Source: Candidatus Latescibacterota bacterium (GTDB taxonomy: Bacteria; Latescibacterota; UBA2968; SICM01). Taken from it: DNA of 64,000 nucleotides. Of this stretch, positions 46,668 to 56,665 are shown one piece after another; position 1 is the first letter of the stretch, and every line of letters starts with the position of its first letter. The notes beneath the pieces were generated by a model that was given only the letters and a program-made list of their open reading frames with translations, ran no database searches and had not been told where the DNA came from. The DNA is taken from the NCBI GenBank assembly GCA_965217865.1, contig CBDCJO010000002.1, forward strand, positions 2,752,001 to 2,816,000, given 5' to 3'. The position numbers were made by a program, and so were the translations under genes.

Positions 46668-47126
46668 CTACCCGTCTGTTACCCGGATGACCCGCGCAGA
46701 CTGGTCGACGCTTGTCTTTTGAAAGGAAACCTTCAGAAAGCCCTCGACATAAGCCGCACTGGCTGAGTTGGAATCCACCTTGGCGGGGAGATCAATCACG
46801 CGTTCAAAGTCCCCAAAGCAGACCTCCATCCGATGATAACGGCCCTCCGGTTCGGCCTTGCCCCTTTTTCGCTCCCCACGGATCGTCAATCTCTGTCCCT
46901 CAGCGATGATCTCCATGTGGTCCCGATCGATGCCGGGCAGTTCACACAGGACGACAAGCTCATCGTCTGTTTCATAAACATCGATCGGCGGCTCCCAGAG
47001 GCAGGGTGAAAACTTGGATCCTCCCCCGGAAGACCGGCTGATGTGGGACAAAAACTGTTCCATCTGCTTGTGTACATCCTCCAGGTTCTGAAATAAGTTA
47101 CGTCGTTTTTCGTCCATGGCGCTCAT
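46668..47126 (-). CDS. Hsp20/alpha-crystallin small heat shock protein
   Basis: WEPPIDVYET, ELPGI, LTIRGER, FERVIDLP, AYVEGFL; directly upstream of lon. Confidence 0.92.
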   Translation of the reverse strand: MSAMDEKRRNLFQNLEDVHKQMEQFLSHISRSSGGGSKFSPCLWEPPIDVYETDDELVVLCELPGIDRDHMEIIAEGQRLTIRGERKRGKAEPEGRYHRMEVCFGDFERVIDLPAKVDSNSASAAYVEGFLKVSFQKTSVDQSARVIRVTDG

Positions 47127-47257
47127 CCTGTTGAAGCAGTAGAAAAGGGGTTCCGATACCAGATGATTAAATCTACGTGTGGCCGCAAAAAATTCCAAGC
47201 CAAAAAGGATTGTTTAGGCCCCACTTTTCCCCCTGTCTATCCCCTGATCGATTCCCC

Positions 47258-47285
47258 TTGACATCTCAAACACCTCCCGTAAATT
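47258..47285 (+). promoter_or_regulatory. Sigma-70 promoter candidate
   Basis: TTGACA-16 nt-TAAATT upstream of 47374. Confidence 0.45.
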
Positions 47286-47373
47286 TCCTTAGTAATCCGT
47301 CGGGAGGGCACCCATGGACACCGGACCCCGTGGGGAGATCAATATCACGTTCTGCGTTCTGAGGAGAGTCGTT

Positions 47374-49668
47374 ATGTCACGTCTATGCATGGCTATTGTC
47401 TGTGTGCTCTGCCTTCAGCATCCGGGAAACCTGGCCGCCGTTGAGCCCACGGATAAAATCACGACCTTTGCGGGCGACGGAGGGCCTGCATATTCAGGGG
47501 ATGACGGTCCCGCAAACGAGGCCAAGTTAATGTCACCCGAAGGCGTTACCGTTGATGAAAAGGGGGTCATCTACATCGCCGACTCAGGAAATCACGTCAT
47601 CCGCCGCGTGGGCCTCGATGGGATCATCACGACCATAGCGGGAACCGGAGATTCGGGTTTTTCAGGGGACGAGGGACCGGCAACCGAGGCCCTCTTAAAC
47701 TATCCAACCGACGTGGCCGTAGATTCAAAGGGGAACATATACATCGTCGGCGGTAATCAGCGCGTCCGCCGCGTGGACCCGGACGGGATCATCACGACAT
47801 ATGCAGGTACGGGAAATATGGAAGCCGCGGGGGCTGGTGCTTTTAACGGGGAGGCAGGAGAGGCCACGAAGGTCGATCTGTGGAACCCGAGGGGGGTGGC
47901 TGTGGATGGATCAGGGAACCTGTATATCGCCGACGCATCGAATCACCGCATCCGCAAAGTGAGCCCGTTCTCGGGAATGCTCACGACTGTTGCGGGTTCG
48001 GGTCGGGGCGGAATTTTGGGTGGGGCGGGATCCCCGGGTGAGTTTTCAGGGGACGGAGGGCCAGCGACGGAGGCCAGGCTGGGATTCCCGACCGACGTGG
48101 CCGTTACTGCAAGCGGTGAAATCTACTTCGCCGACACGAGAAATTTCCGCATCCGCCTCGTGGAAGGCGGGAGCATAAGGACCTTTGCGGGGGGGAGGGG
48201 TGATAGACCCCGACCACCTACGACTTTGATCAGGGAGGACGTTAGGCCCACGGAGGCCGACTTTTTCCTCCCGTACGGCGTAGCCGTGGATGGAGAAGGA
48301 AACGTCTACATCAACGACCAAGGAAACCAGCGCATCCGGTACGTGACCCAGGGGAAGATATGGACACTTGCGGGTTCGGGGTCCGACTGGGATAGACTCG
48401 ATAATGTCGAAGGCAAATATTTCGGGGACGGGGGTCCGGCAAACCAGGCACGGTTGAACTTTCCCTTCGGAGTGGCCGCGGATGCGGAAGGGATAAACGT
48501 CTACATCGCCGACAGGGATAATAACCGCATCCGCCGCGTGGGGCCCGACGGGATCCTCGCCCTCATGGTCACATCCCTGGCGTTCGACACGACGGGGGTC
48601 GACGGGAGTTCCGAGCAGACCCTGGAGGTCCACAACATCGGGACCGGATCCCTGACCCTCACCGGGTTCTCGTTCAGCGGTACGGGAAGAAGGGATTACC
48701 AGGGACAGGAGACCCTCCCCACGATCGACGCCGGGGGCATCGAGACGATCACCGTAATTTTCACCCCCTCCAGAGAGGGGGCCCGGCCGGCCATCATGTT
48801 TGTGGAGTCCGACGTAGGGACCAAAGGGATCGACGTGACCGGGTTCTCCGTGGAGGGCGGTCCGGAGATCAGCCTGTCTGCCTCGGCACTGGCACTGGAG
48901 ACGGTCAGGATCGGTGAGAACGCCGTTCAGGGGACGATCACGATCACGAACCCGGGCGTCTCGGATCTGTCCGTCACCGGGATCACCCTTGAGGGGGCCG
49001 ATGTTTCGGAATTCGATGTCTCCCCGGCATCGGCCACGATCGCACCCGGGGGATCAGAGACCATAACGATCACATTCGATCCGGCCGCTATCGGGAATAA
49101 GTCGATCACCATGCTCCTCGATCACAACGCAGGGGACCAGCTCACCGTCGACCTGACCGCGGTCGCAGAAGGCGGACCCGTCCTCAATCTGCCGTCCGAT
49201 GTCGTGTCGTTCGACGGCGTGGAGGCGGAGACCACCGATCAGGGAACCTTCACGATCACCAATCCCGGCACCGAGGACCTCTCCATCACAGCGATCACCG
49301 TGGAAGGGACGCACGCTTCTGAGTACGAGGTCTCGACAGCTCAGGTCACGATCGCTTCAGGAGGGTCCGAGACGATCACAGTGATATTTTCTCCCACATC
49401 CTCCGGGACGAAGTCGGCCAGCCTCCTGATCGATCACAACGCGGGGGATCCCACGACCGTTCGCCTGTCCGGGGTGGTTTATGCCGCCGGGACATCTCCG
49501 GATTTCGACGGGACAGGCAAAGTGGATCTGGATGATTTCTTCCTGTTTGCAGTCGCATTCGGCCAGGAGCCGACAGGTGATAACGTCCGTTTCGATCTGG
49601 ACGGCAACGCCAAGATCGATTTTGACGACTTCTTCCTCTTCGCTGGGGCATTCGGGAAGACACTATAG
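47374..49668 (+). CDS. Secreted NHL-repeat protein with three ASH/choice-of-anchor-D Ig domains and a dockerin-like tail
   Basis: GAGGAG RBS, signal peptide, repeated PxGVAVD..GN.YIAD..N.RIR, three TITNPG..DL..T.I domains, DFDGTGKVDLDDFFLFA...FDLDGN. Confidence 0.88.
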   Translation: MSRLCMAIVCVLCLQHPGNLAAVEPTDKITTFAGDGGPAYSGDDGPANEAKLMSPEGVTVDEKGVIYIADSGNHVIRRVGLDGIITTIAGTGDSGFSGDEGPATEALLNYPTDVAVDSKGNIYIVGGNQRVRRVDPDGIITTYAGTGNMEAAGAGAFNGEAGEATKVDLWNPRGVAVDGSGNLYIADASNHRIRKVSPFSGMLTTVAGSGRGGILGGAGSPGEFSGDGGPATEARLGFPTDVAVTASGEIYFADTRNFRIRLVEGGSIRTFAGGRGDRPRPPTTLIREDVRPTEADFFLPYGVAVDGEGNVYINDQGNQRIRYVTQGKIWTLAGSGSDWDRLDNVEGKYFGDGGPANQARLNFPFGVAADAEGINVYIADRDNNRIRRVGPDGILALMVTSLAFDTTGVDGSSEQTLEVHNIGTGSLTLTGFSFSGTGRRDYQGQETLPTIDAGGIETITVIFTPSREGARPAIMFVESDVGTKGIDVTGFSVEGGPEISLSASALALETVRIGENAVQGTITITNPGVSDLSVTGITLEGADVSEFDVSPASATIAPGGSETITITFDPAAIGNKSITMLLDHNAGDQLTVDLTAVAEGGPVLNLPSDVVSFDGVEAETTDQGTFTITNPGTEDLSITAITVEGTHASEYEVSTAQVTIASGGSETITVIFSPTSSGTKSASLLIDHNAGDPTTVRLSGVVYAAGTSPDFDGTGKVDLDDFFLFAVAFGQEPTGDNVRFDLDGNAKIDFDDFFLFAGAFGKTL

Positions 49669-49707
49669 TCACTCCTCTGCAATGCGGCCTAATAAGGGAA
49701 ATGGAAA

Positions 49708-50464
49708 ATGGGATATGACCCACCCCGCCCCGGCTTAAGTCACGCCGGGGCACGCCTCTTGGGAGGGGATTTAGGGGTGGGTCTGAGGCGGGGTGAGGGA
49801 GCATCGCGGAACCCCGATTAGTTGATTTCGAATTGTAAACCTCAAACGCCTCCCCGAGTCACGAGTCACGATCCACGGGTTTTTGGCACATACTGCAGTA
49901 ATCTTGCCTCATAAAAGGGCTCCCGATTGGGAGCCCTTTTTTATCCTTAGTTTCAAGCCAGAGATCAACGAACAATCCCTAAAGGGGTTTGCTGGTAGAA
50001 CGCTGAAGATTGCCCTTCCTCGTGTAACGGTGATGTTCAGCAGAATCTCAGGTGTGGTGCATGGGATTCGGAATTGGATAGATGAGCATGGGATATGACC
50101 CACCCCGCCCCGGCTTAAGTCACGCCGGGGCACCCCTCCCGGGAGGGGATTGGTGAAGTCCCCTCCTTGGAGGGGATTTAGGGGTGGGTATGAGGCGGGG
50201 AGAGGGAGCATCGCGGAACCCCGATTAGTTGATTTCGAATTGAAAACCTCAAACGCCTCCCCGAGTCACGAGTCACGGCTTCTCCGATCCACGAGTCACG
50301 AACCACGATCCACGGGTTTTTGGCACATACTGCAGTAATCTTGCCTCATACAAAAGGGCTCCCGATTGGGAGCCCTTTTTATCCTTAGTTTCAAGCCAGA
50401 GATCAACGAATAATCCATAAAGGGGTTTGCCGGGAGTGCGCTGAAGATTCCCCTTCCTCGTGTA
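49708..50464 (+). repeat. Diverged tandem duplication (49708..50026 and 50088..50464) containing hairpin repeats, CACGAGT heptads and a terminator
   Basis: Both copies run from ATGGGATATGACCCACCCCGCCCCGG to CCCTTCCTCGTGTA and include AAAAGGGCTCCC-GATT-GGGAGCCCTTTT. Confidence 0.9.
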
Positions 50465-50595
50465 TTGGTTCAAATCAAAGAATCGTAGAGGTATTTTCTT
50501 GAGCCCGACACAGAATCGCCTTATATTCCGAAACGGCCGTAGAATTAGGGAATGTCGGACATTAATCCCAAAAACGCCATAAAAGGTGATCGATC

Positions 50596-51457
50596 ATGGT
50601 GGATTCTTCTTCAACCCGACAATCGGTACACATCCCACGCATAGACGATCACGACTGGAGCCAACTCACACTCGGGCAGCGCATTCGGCAGCTCGAAGTC
50701 GAAGGCTACCTGGTCATCCCCGATTTGCTCTCCGATGATCATATCGCGCACCTCAAAGAACAGACCGCTCAATTTGAAACCACCCACGTGGACTACAGCG
50801 TTCATCAGCGGGGGTTGCAAAGCATCCAGTTCACCGGTGGGGCCATCACAGAACTGATCGCGTTCCCTCCTATGATCGAATTCCTCAAAAATCTGTGCGG
50901 AGACCAGGTGGTTTTGATGTCCTACGACTACTCCCGCTCCGAACCCGGGCATCAGCCTGCACTGCGACGGTCAGCCTTGGGGATCGAGGATCTTCGAGGC
51001 CGAATACACCTGTCCCAAACTGATCCGAGTGCTCTACTACCTGGACGATCTGATACCCGAAGTTTCACCCTTCCGCGTGGTTCCGCGGTCGCATCTGAGC
51101 TACCATAACGAGGCCAACCCCTACCTGCGCTACGAAGAACACCCCGAGGAAGTCATGGTGACGTGCAGGGCAGGTTCTGCGGCCCTGTTCAACAACTACG
51201 TGTTCCACGGAAACTACCCCAACACAGGTGCCTACGCGCGGGAGGCGTTGCAGCTCTCCTACCGACCCGCCTGGGCAGGCCCATGCGACGATGTCGAACC
51301 GTGGGACAGGGATAAAGTGGCCCGGGTCTCACCCTCCGTCCGGGAGCTTATGGGCGATCGCAGCGCCCGCATCTGGGTCTACGAAGGCGGAAACAAACCG
51401 TCCGATATGCCCCGCGAAGCTCGTGGTATGAACCCAAGCCGGTGGGAACGTGAGTAG
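50596..51457 (+). pseudogene. Phytanoyl-CoA dioxygenase (PhyH) family protein, frameshifted near 50953
   Basis: EVEGYLVIPDLL; HxD (ISLHCDG) lies in the shifted frame, followed by FRVVPRSH and FHG. Confidence 0.8.
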
Positions 51458-51569
51458 ATTTTAACGGAGCTTGGCTCCGACCGCTGAACATAAACGTGGG
51501 CCGCTGAAAAAATTCTCAACCATTCTCATTCTTCTTCTACTATATAAGGTGAACCCATCAGCATAATAA

Positions 51570-52241
51570 ATGGACACGCGTGTTCAGGAGGAAAGAATGG
51601 CTGATTTTTCAGAATTTCAAGCGGACACCGCCCAAAACAACCGGGTCATACAATTGAGCCTCGGGGAGATAGACACCGACGTCCTCGCTGCAGCTCTTAC
51701 CGGCTTTACGGACGATCTACGGGAGATGGTCTACCGCAATGTGTCGCGGAGAGTCGCTGGGCTATGCAAGGGGGCGGTGGAAGAAAAAACGGACAACATA
51801 TCGAAGGCTCAGGTCAACGCGGCCCAGGAAGTGTTCATGCAATTGCTTAATAGAAATTTGAAATCTGTTGAAGGATTGAAATTTGGTAGAGGTGAGAGGA
51901 AACTCCCGGAAATTGCTCTGGATTCTGATGAAGAGGTGATATCTACTTTTAAGTCACTGGCCGCCTATGTGCGAACGCACGGCGTTCTCCCTTTGGAAGG
52001 ATTGGAGAACTCGATAAGAAATCCATTCATGAAGAAAGGGATTGAATTATTGGTCGATGGGTATGAACCCTTACTGATGCGTTCCATTCTGGAGAGATAC
52101 AGGGATTCTTATCTACAAAGTGTGAAATTGCGGCTCGATATGATACTTGACGGCATAGATTCTCTCGCATCCCGACATTATCCCGACTGCGTTGAAGAGA
52201 TCCTGAAAGGCTATATACAAAGAGCCAGCCGTCTCGAATGA
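51570..52241 (+). CDS. FliG C-terminal-like domain fused to a MotA cytoplasmic-like segment
   Basis: EIDTDVLAAAL...VYRNVSRR...VNAAQ resembles FliG-C; RTHGVLPLE...NPFMKKGIELLVDG.EP resembles MotA. No TM helices. Confidence 0.65.
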   Translation: MDTRVQEERMADFSEFQADTAQNNRVIQLSLGEIDTDVLAAALTGFTDDLREMVYRNVSRRVAGLCKGAVEEKTDNISKAQVNAAQEVFMQLLNRNLKSVEGLKFGRGERKLPEIALDSDEEVISTFKSLAAYVRTHGVLPLEGLENSIRNPFMKKGIELLVDGYEPLLMRSILERYRDSYLQSVKLRLDMILDGIDSLASRHYPDCVEEILKGYIQRASRLE

Positions 52242-52699
52242 ACACCCCCCGATTTACTCAGATACTTCAGGATTACGGTCCGACGATTCGAAGATATCTG
52301 AATCGAAAATGTAACAATCTTGATGATGTTGATGATCTTTATCAGGAATGCGTTTGTGCTATCTTCCAGGCTTTACCAAGGTTCGCGGGCCGGTCCAGCG
52401 TATCGACATGGATTTTTGGAATCTGCCGAAATGTGTTTTCGAACTATATTCATCGTAAAAAAAGAGATTTAAATCTCAGAGATAGACTGCTGACACACGC
52501 CGTAAATCATAATTCACGAGAAACACATGATCTACGCCTTCTGATTGACAGGCTTCCTGCCGTACTGCAAAAGTTACACCAGCTATACTACGCTGAAGGT
52601 CTCTCCATTAAGGAAATCTCGATTGTCTTAGACAAAGCGGAAGGAACGATCAAATACTTATTATATCGTCTGAGGAACGAATTGAGAGAAATGTTATGA
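52238..52699 (+). CDS. ECF sigma-70 factor
   Basis: DDVDDLYQE, STWIFGICRN, GLSIKEIS...EGTIKYLL; ATGA overlap with the upstream gene. Confidence 0.9.
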   Translation: MNTPRFTQILQDYGPTIRRYLNRKCNNLDDVDDLYQECVCAIFQALPRFAGRSSVSTWIFGICRNVFSNYIHRKKRDLNLRDRLLTHAVNHNSRETHDLRLLIDRLPAVLQKLHQLYYAEGLSIKEISIVLDKAEGTIKYLLYRLRNELREML

Positions 52700-52756
52700 T
52701 CGATTTCACTCATTATCCGCCGCCATGATTTGAATTTCATTCGAAAGTCCGTGTGA

Positions 52757-53662
52757 ATGGATCCTAATTTTACTTTCGAGCCTACCTCCTTCAGCGAACA
52801 GGGGACCTGGGTCAAAGCCGGGTTCCACTGCCACACGACAAATTCCGATGGCGGTTTGAGTCCGGAAGAGACCGTCGGCTATTTCCGCGAAAAAGGTTAT
52901 AGATGTCTCGGCATTACCGACCACGGAAAGGTGACCCCCGTTGCTTCATTTTCGGATCGTGACTTCATCGGCATCGACTCGACCGAAAACGGAGGCGATC
53001 CAGACATAGTCGGTGTTGGCGTCAGTTCAGCACTTCCCGCGGATAGTCCTCTTGCCGATCGTGCGAGAGGTTTCGCGGAGCAGGGGGGGTTCACGATCGC
53101 CGTGCATCCAACCTATTGTCGAGTGACCCCTGAAGAATACTTGGGGTGCCCGGAACTGATGGCCATGGAGATATACAATGCCTATTGCGACGAGGCATAC
53201 ACCAATGGGGTCGCCACGGAGCTATGGGATATGGTCCTGGGACAGGGAAAGAAAATCTGGGGGGTCGCAGGGGATGACGCGCACCTCAATCCCCGGAAGG
53301 GCTATTATTCCGACGCGGGAAAGGCGTGGGTTGAAATCTGGACAAATGATTTCACGCGGGAGGGAATTATCAATGCCATGAAGTGTGGAGCCTTCTATTC
53401 AACCCAGGGGCCCGGCTTCACCTCACTCTCTGTAACCGATTCTCATATACAGATTGAATGCACACCTGTGAAACAGGTGCGATGGCGGACGTTCGGGAGG
53501 GTGGGATATGTCCACCACGCCGGAGAGGGAAATCAGCTCACAACGTCCCGACTGCCTGAGCGATTTAAAGCAGACACATTTGTCCGTGTCGAATTGATCG
53601 ATCGGGATGGAAAGAAAGTCTGGTCTAATCCGTTTTTCCTGACGCAAAGCGCCAAGCCATAG
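52757..53662 (+). CDS. PHP-domain metallohydrolase (CehA/McbA-like)
   Basis: HCHTTNSDG, ITDH, AVHP, EIYN, GDDAH, GAFYSTQGP, WSNP. Confidence 0.85.
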   Translation: MDPNFTFEPTSFSEQGTWVKAGFHCHTTNSDGGLSPEETVGYFREKGYRCLGITDHGKVTPVASFSDRDFIGIDSTENGGDPDIVGVGVSSALPADSPLADRARGFAEQGGFTIAVHPTYCRVTPEEYLGCPELMAMEIYNAYCDEAYTNGVATELWDMVLGQGKKIWGVAGDDAHLNPRKGYYSDAGKAWVEIWTNDFTREGIINAMKCGAFYSTQGPGFTSLSVTDSHIQIECTPVKQVRWRTFGRVGYVHHAGEGNQLTTSRLPERFKADTFVRVELIDRDGKKVWSNPFFLTQSAKP

Positions 53663-53709
53663 CTAATATCAACCTCAACTTGAACTGAATTCTTATCGAC
53701 GTAGAAGAT

Positions 53710-54567
53710 ATGGCACCTCGATTATTAGAAGGCAAGCCGGTTGCCGAGGAAGTCCTTGCAGAAGTCCTCGGGCGATCGAAAAAGCTCAAGGAACACGGTA
53801 TAATACCGGGATTGGGAACGATACTGGTCGGAGACGATCCTGCAAGTGCAGGATATATTCGAAAGAAGCACGAGACCTGCCAGGGGGTAGGTTTTCGGTC
53901 ATTCGACGTGCACATCCCGGCAAATGCAGATCAGGATGATCTCCTTTTAGCCGTGAGAGACTTCAATGAAAATCCCGAAGTTGACGGTTTTCTCATACAG
54001 TACCCGGTACCCAAGGGTTTCGATTTCGGAGAAGCGGTCAAGGCAATCGACCCGGAAAAGGATGCGGACGGATTGCATCCTTCAAATCTGGGCAAACTGG
54101 TGCTCCAGGAGCCGGGACCTCTTCCGGCAACTCCTGCGGGCATCCGGGCCATGTTGATTCATTATCAGATAGATATCTCTGGCCGGGAAGTTGTCATAGT
54201 CGGCCGAGGCCCTACTTTAGGACGTCCTTTGGCCCTTCTGCTTTCCCTGAAACAATCCGGTGCGAATGCAGTGGTAACCGTCGTGCATAGCGGGGTCCCC
54301 GACATTTCGAAGTTTACCAAACGGGCGGATATCGTGGTGGCTGCAGCAGGCGTTCCGGGAATTGTCACCAGAGATATGGTAAAACCCGGAGCGGTTGTCA
54401 TAAGTGGCGGTATCACCTGGGAAAGCAAACGCCTCGTACCCGACGTGGATGAATCCGTCGCTGAAGTCGCGGGATGGATAACGCCCAGGCTGGGGGGAGT
54501 CGGGCCGACGACAGTTGCAATGCTCCTGCGAAATGCCGTGGGTTGCGCTGAAAAAAGAAAAAGATGA
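53710..54567 (+). CDS. folD: Methylenetetrahydrofolate dehydrogenase/cyclohydrolase
   Basis: ILVGDDPAS.YI.KK, PEKDADGLHP, PATPAG, TPRLGGVGPTTVAML. Confidence 0.93.
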   Translation: MAPRLLEGKPVAEEVLAEVLGRSKKLKEHGIIPGLGTILVGDDPASAGYIRKKHETCQGVGFRSFDVHIPANADQDDLLLAVRDFNENPEVDGFLIQYPVPKGFDFGEAVKAIDPEKDADGLHPSNLGKLVLQEPGPLPATPAGIRAMLIHYQIDISGREVVIVGRGPTLGRPLALLLSLKQSGANAVVTVVHSGVPDISKFTKRADIVVAAAGVPGIVTRDMVKPGAVVISGGITWESKRLVPDVDESVAEVAGWITPRLGGVGPTTVAMLLRNAVGCAEKRKR

Positions 54568-54690
54568 CGCTGTCGAGTCCGAGTTTCGTGACCGTGAACA
54601 AAAGAAGAGGCGGCCGTCCCGGCCGCCTGTAGATGATAAGCCTTCCTGTTTTCCGTATCAAAGATCACGCGATAATGCTATTGCTTCCCT

Positions 54691-54774
54691 CCTATCGCGG
54701 CCTTCGTTTCACTCAGCCGCAACCAAAAAGATGTACGCATCTTGCGTAGAAGTCATACTGTTAAGACTCTAAAT
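54691..54774 (+). repeat. ~80-bp repeat family, copy 1 (other copies 55001..55078 on + and 57996..58070 on -)
   Basis: CCTATCGCGG...CCGCAA(C/T)CAAAAAGATGT.CGCATCTTGC...GAAGT...AAGACTCTAAA is shared by three loci. Confidence 0.85.
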
Positions 54775-54825
54775 CTCCTCCCCGGAGGGGTGCCCCGGGC
54801 GTGACTTAAGCCGGGGCGGGGTGGG

Positions 54826-54960
54826 TCATATCCCATTCTCATCTATCCAATTCCGAATCCCATGCAGCACACCTTCGAGATTCTGCTTAACATCCCCCTC
54901 AATAAATCGCAGCACCCGAACACCGAGCCTCTCCAATCTATCCTGTCTTGCCTTATCTCT
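54826..54960 (-). pseudogene. DUF559 (Vsr-like) endonuclease 3' remnant
   Basis: RDKARQDRLERLGVRVLRFIEGDVKQNLEGVLHGIRNWIDENGI*; the same tail appears at about 50030-50098 on +. Confidence 0.7.
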
Positions 54961-55141
54961 AAGGTAATGCGTCTATCTGAGGATCTTTCTCACACCCATC
55001 CCTATCGCGGGCTCCTTTCACTCCGCAACCAAAAAGATGTACGCATCTTGCGTCGAAGTCATACTGAAGACTCTAAATGCATCCCTCCCATTCGGCCGAA
55101 GTAAATTATGGCCTCCTTCCAGCTTCCGCGCTGAACATGGC

Positions 55142-56095
55142 TCAGATTTTCTTCTTGATCAGCTTCTGCATTGAACGAAGCTCCCTGGGCGGATCCATCT
55201 TTCTGCCGTAATCGCTCCAGGACACCTCTGCAACATAGATATCCCCTTTGGAATCCACCGCAATGCCGTGAGGGGAGTAAAACCGTCCGGGCTCTTCTCC
55301 GTACGACAACTCGCCCAACCGGGCAAGCACGTTTCCCTGCCGGTCCATCACCGATACCCTTGGCCCCAGATTCGTTCCCACGGCATTGCTTGCGATACCG
55401 CAGAAATACTCTCCGACATACACCAGGGGATCTTCGCTGTCGTCCATGCAGATACAGGCCGCCCTGGACATGTCATTCCACTGCGCCTCAAACTTCCCGT
55501 TGCTGTCGAACACCTGGATACGTTGATTTTCCCGGTCGGCGACATACACGTAGCCTTCTTTGTCCACAATCACATTGTGCACGATATTGAACTGCCCGGG
55601 ATTCGTTCCCGACTCCCCCCAGGAAAACAGCAGCCGCCCGTCCGGATCGTATTTGTGTACCCGGGCGTTGCTGTAACCGTCGGCTACATACATATCCCCG
55701 GTGTTTGGATCCACCGCCAGGTGGGCGGGCAGGTTGAAAGGATCTCCGCTCATCACAGGCGCCGGATGTCCGGCCTGCAGTTCCATCAGCAGCTCTCCCC
55801 CGGTCGTGAACCTGCGCACCGAATGATCCCCCAGATCCACACAGTACACCGATCCATCGGGGCCGATCGTTACACCATGAGGGTTGGAAAATATCCCGTC
55901 CCCCCACGTATCGATCACGTCGCCTTCCGAATTGAACACCACCATCGGGTGCGTGCCGCGGTTGAAAACGTACACATTGTCTTTCCCGTCTACGGCAACC
56001 GCCGTCGCCTCCTTGTAAGTCCAGTCCTCGGAGATATTGCCCCAATCTTCTCCCGTGGTTTCATAAACATGATTTCCGGAACCCAATTCAACCAT
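55142..56095 (-). CDS. NHL-repeat protein (peptidyl-alpha-hydroxyglycine lyase-like)
   Basis: VYVFNRG.HP, PHGV, VADGYSNARVH, YVADRENQRIQVFD, PHGIAVDS. Confidence 0.9.
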   Translation of the reverse strand: MVELGSGNHVYETTGEDWGNISEDWTYKEATAVAVDGKDNVYVFNRGTHPMVVFNSEGDVIDTWGDGIFSNPHGVTIGPDGSVYCVDLGDHSVRRFTTGGELLMELQAGHPAPVMSGDPFNLPAHLAVDPNTGDMYVADGYSNARVHKYDPDGRLLFSWGESGTNPGQFNIVHNVIVDKEGYVYVADRENQRIQVFDSNGKFEAQWNDMSRAACICMDDSEDPLVYVGEYFCGIASNAVGTNLGPRVSVMDRQGNVLARLGELSYGEEPGRFYSPHGIAVDSKGDIYVAEVSWSDYGRKMDPPRELRSMQKLIKKKI

Positions 56096-56384
56096 GTGTG
56101 CCTCCAATCTGCATATTCACCCGCTCCCCCGTTGCCACACGCAAGGTGATGACAAGAACAAAGGGCTCAGACATCCCGTTATGAATAATGAAATGCCATT
56201 GGGGAGTCAAGCCCAATCCCCCGATCATCCGATGGTTGAACCAGAATTCCGAATTAAGAAAAGCTTCACCGTGATTCACCTTTCTGCAGCTATCAGATTA
56301 TATTATCTTGTTGAGGACACGTCGAAGTTTTTCCGTTTGAACAGCGGCGGGTGGGAAGCCGAGACTAAAATCAGGACCTTCTTT

Positions 56385-56545
56385 CAGCGCCAACGGCGCG
56401 TTGTCCCTCAACCCAGGGCAACGCCCTGGGTCCTTGGAAGCAATAGCGTCGTGCGGCCTGAAGGGCCGCGATAATTTCACATCGACCCAATCTCTGCCCT
56501 GCATCCTGATTCATCTAGTTCTAGTGTTCAGCACAAAGATCCGGA
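56385..56545 (+). mobile_element. IS200/RAYT-like relic: palindrome plus the start of a tnpA
   Basis: ACCCAGGGC-AAC-GCCCTGGGT (56411-56431) followed by TQSLPCILIHLV..FSTK, resembling the Y1 transposase N-terminus. Confidence 0.6.
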
Positions 56546-56665
56546 TCGCGGACCGTTGGCCCGCTGATGCGTCGCCTCACAGAACCTCACTTCCAGCAAA
56601 AACCAGGAAGATCCGTCATTAAATATGATCGTGCGTGAAAATTCTAATCGAAAAGGATATCCATC

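Noticed and set aside
49884-49900. TGGCACATACTGC as a sigma-54 promoter
   Set aside because: GG-to-GC spacing is 8, not 10.
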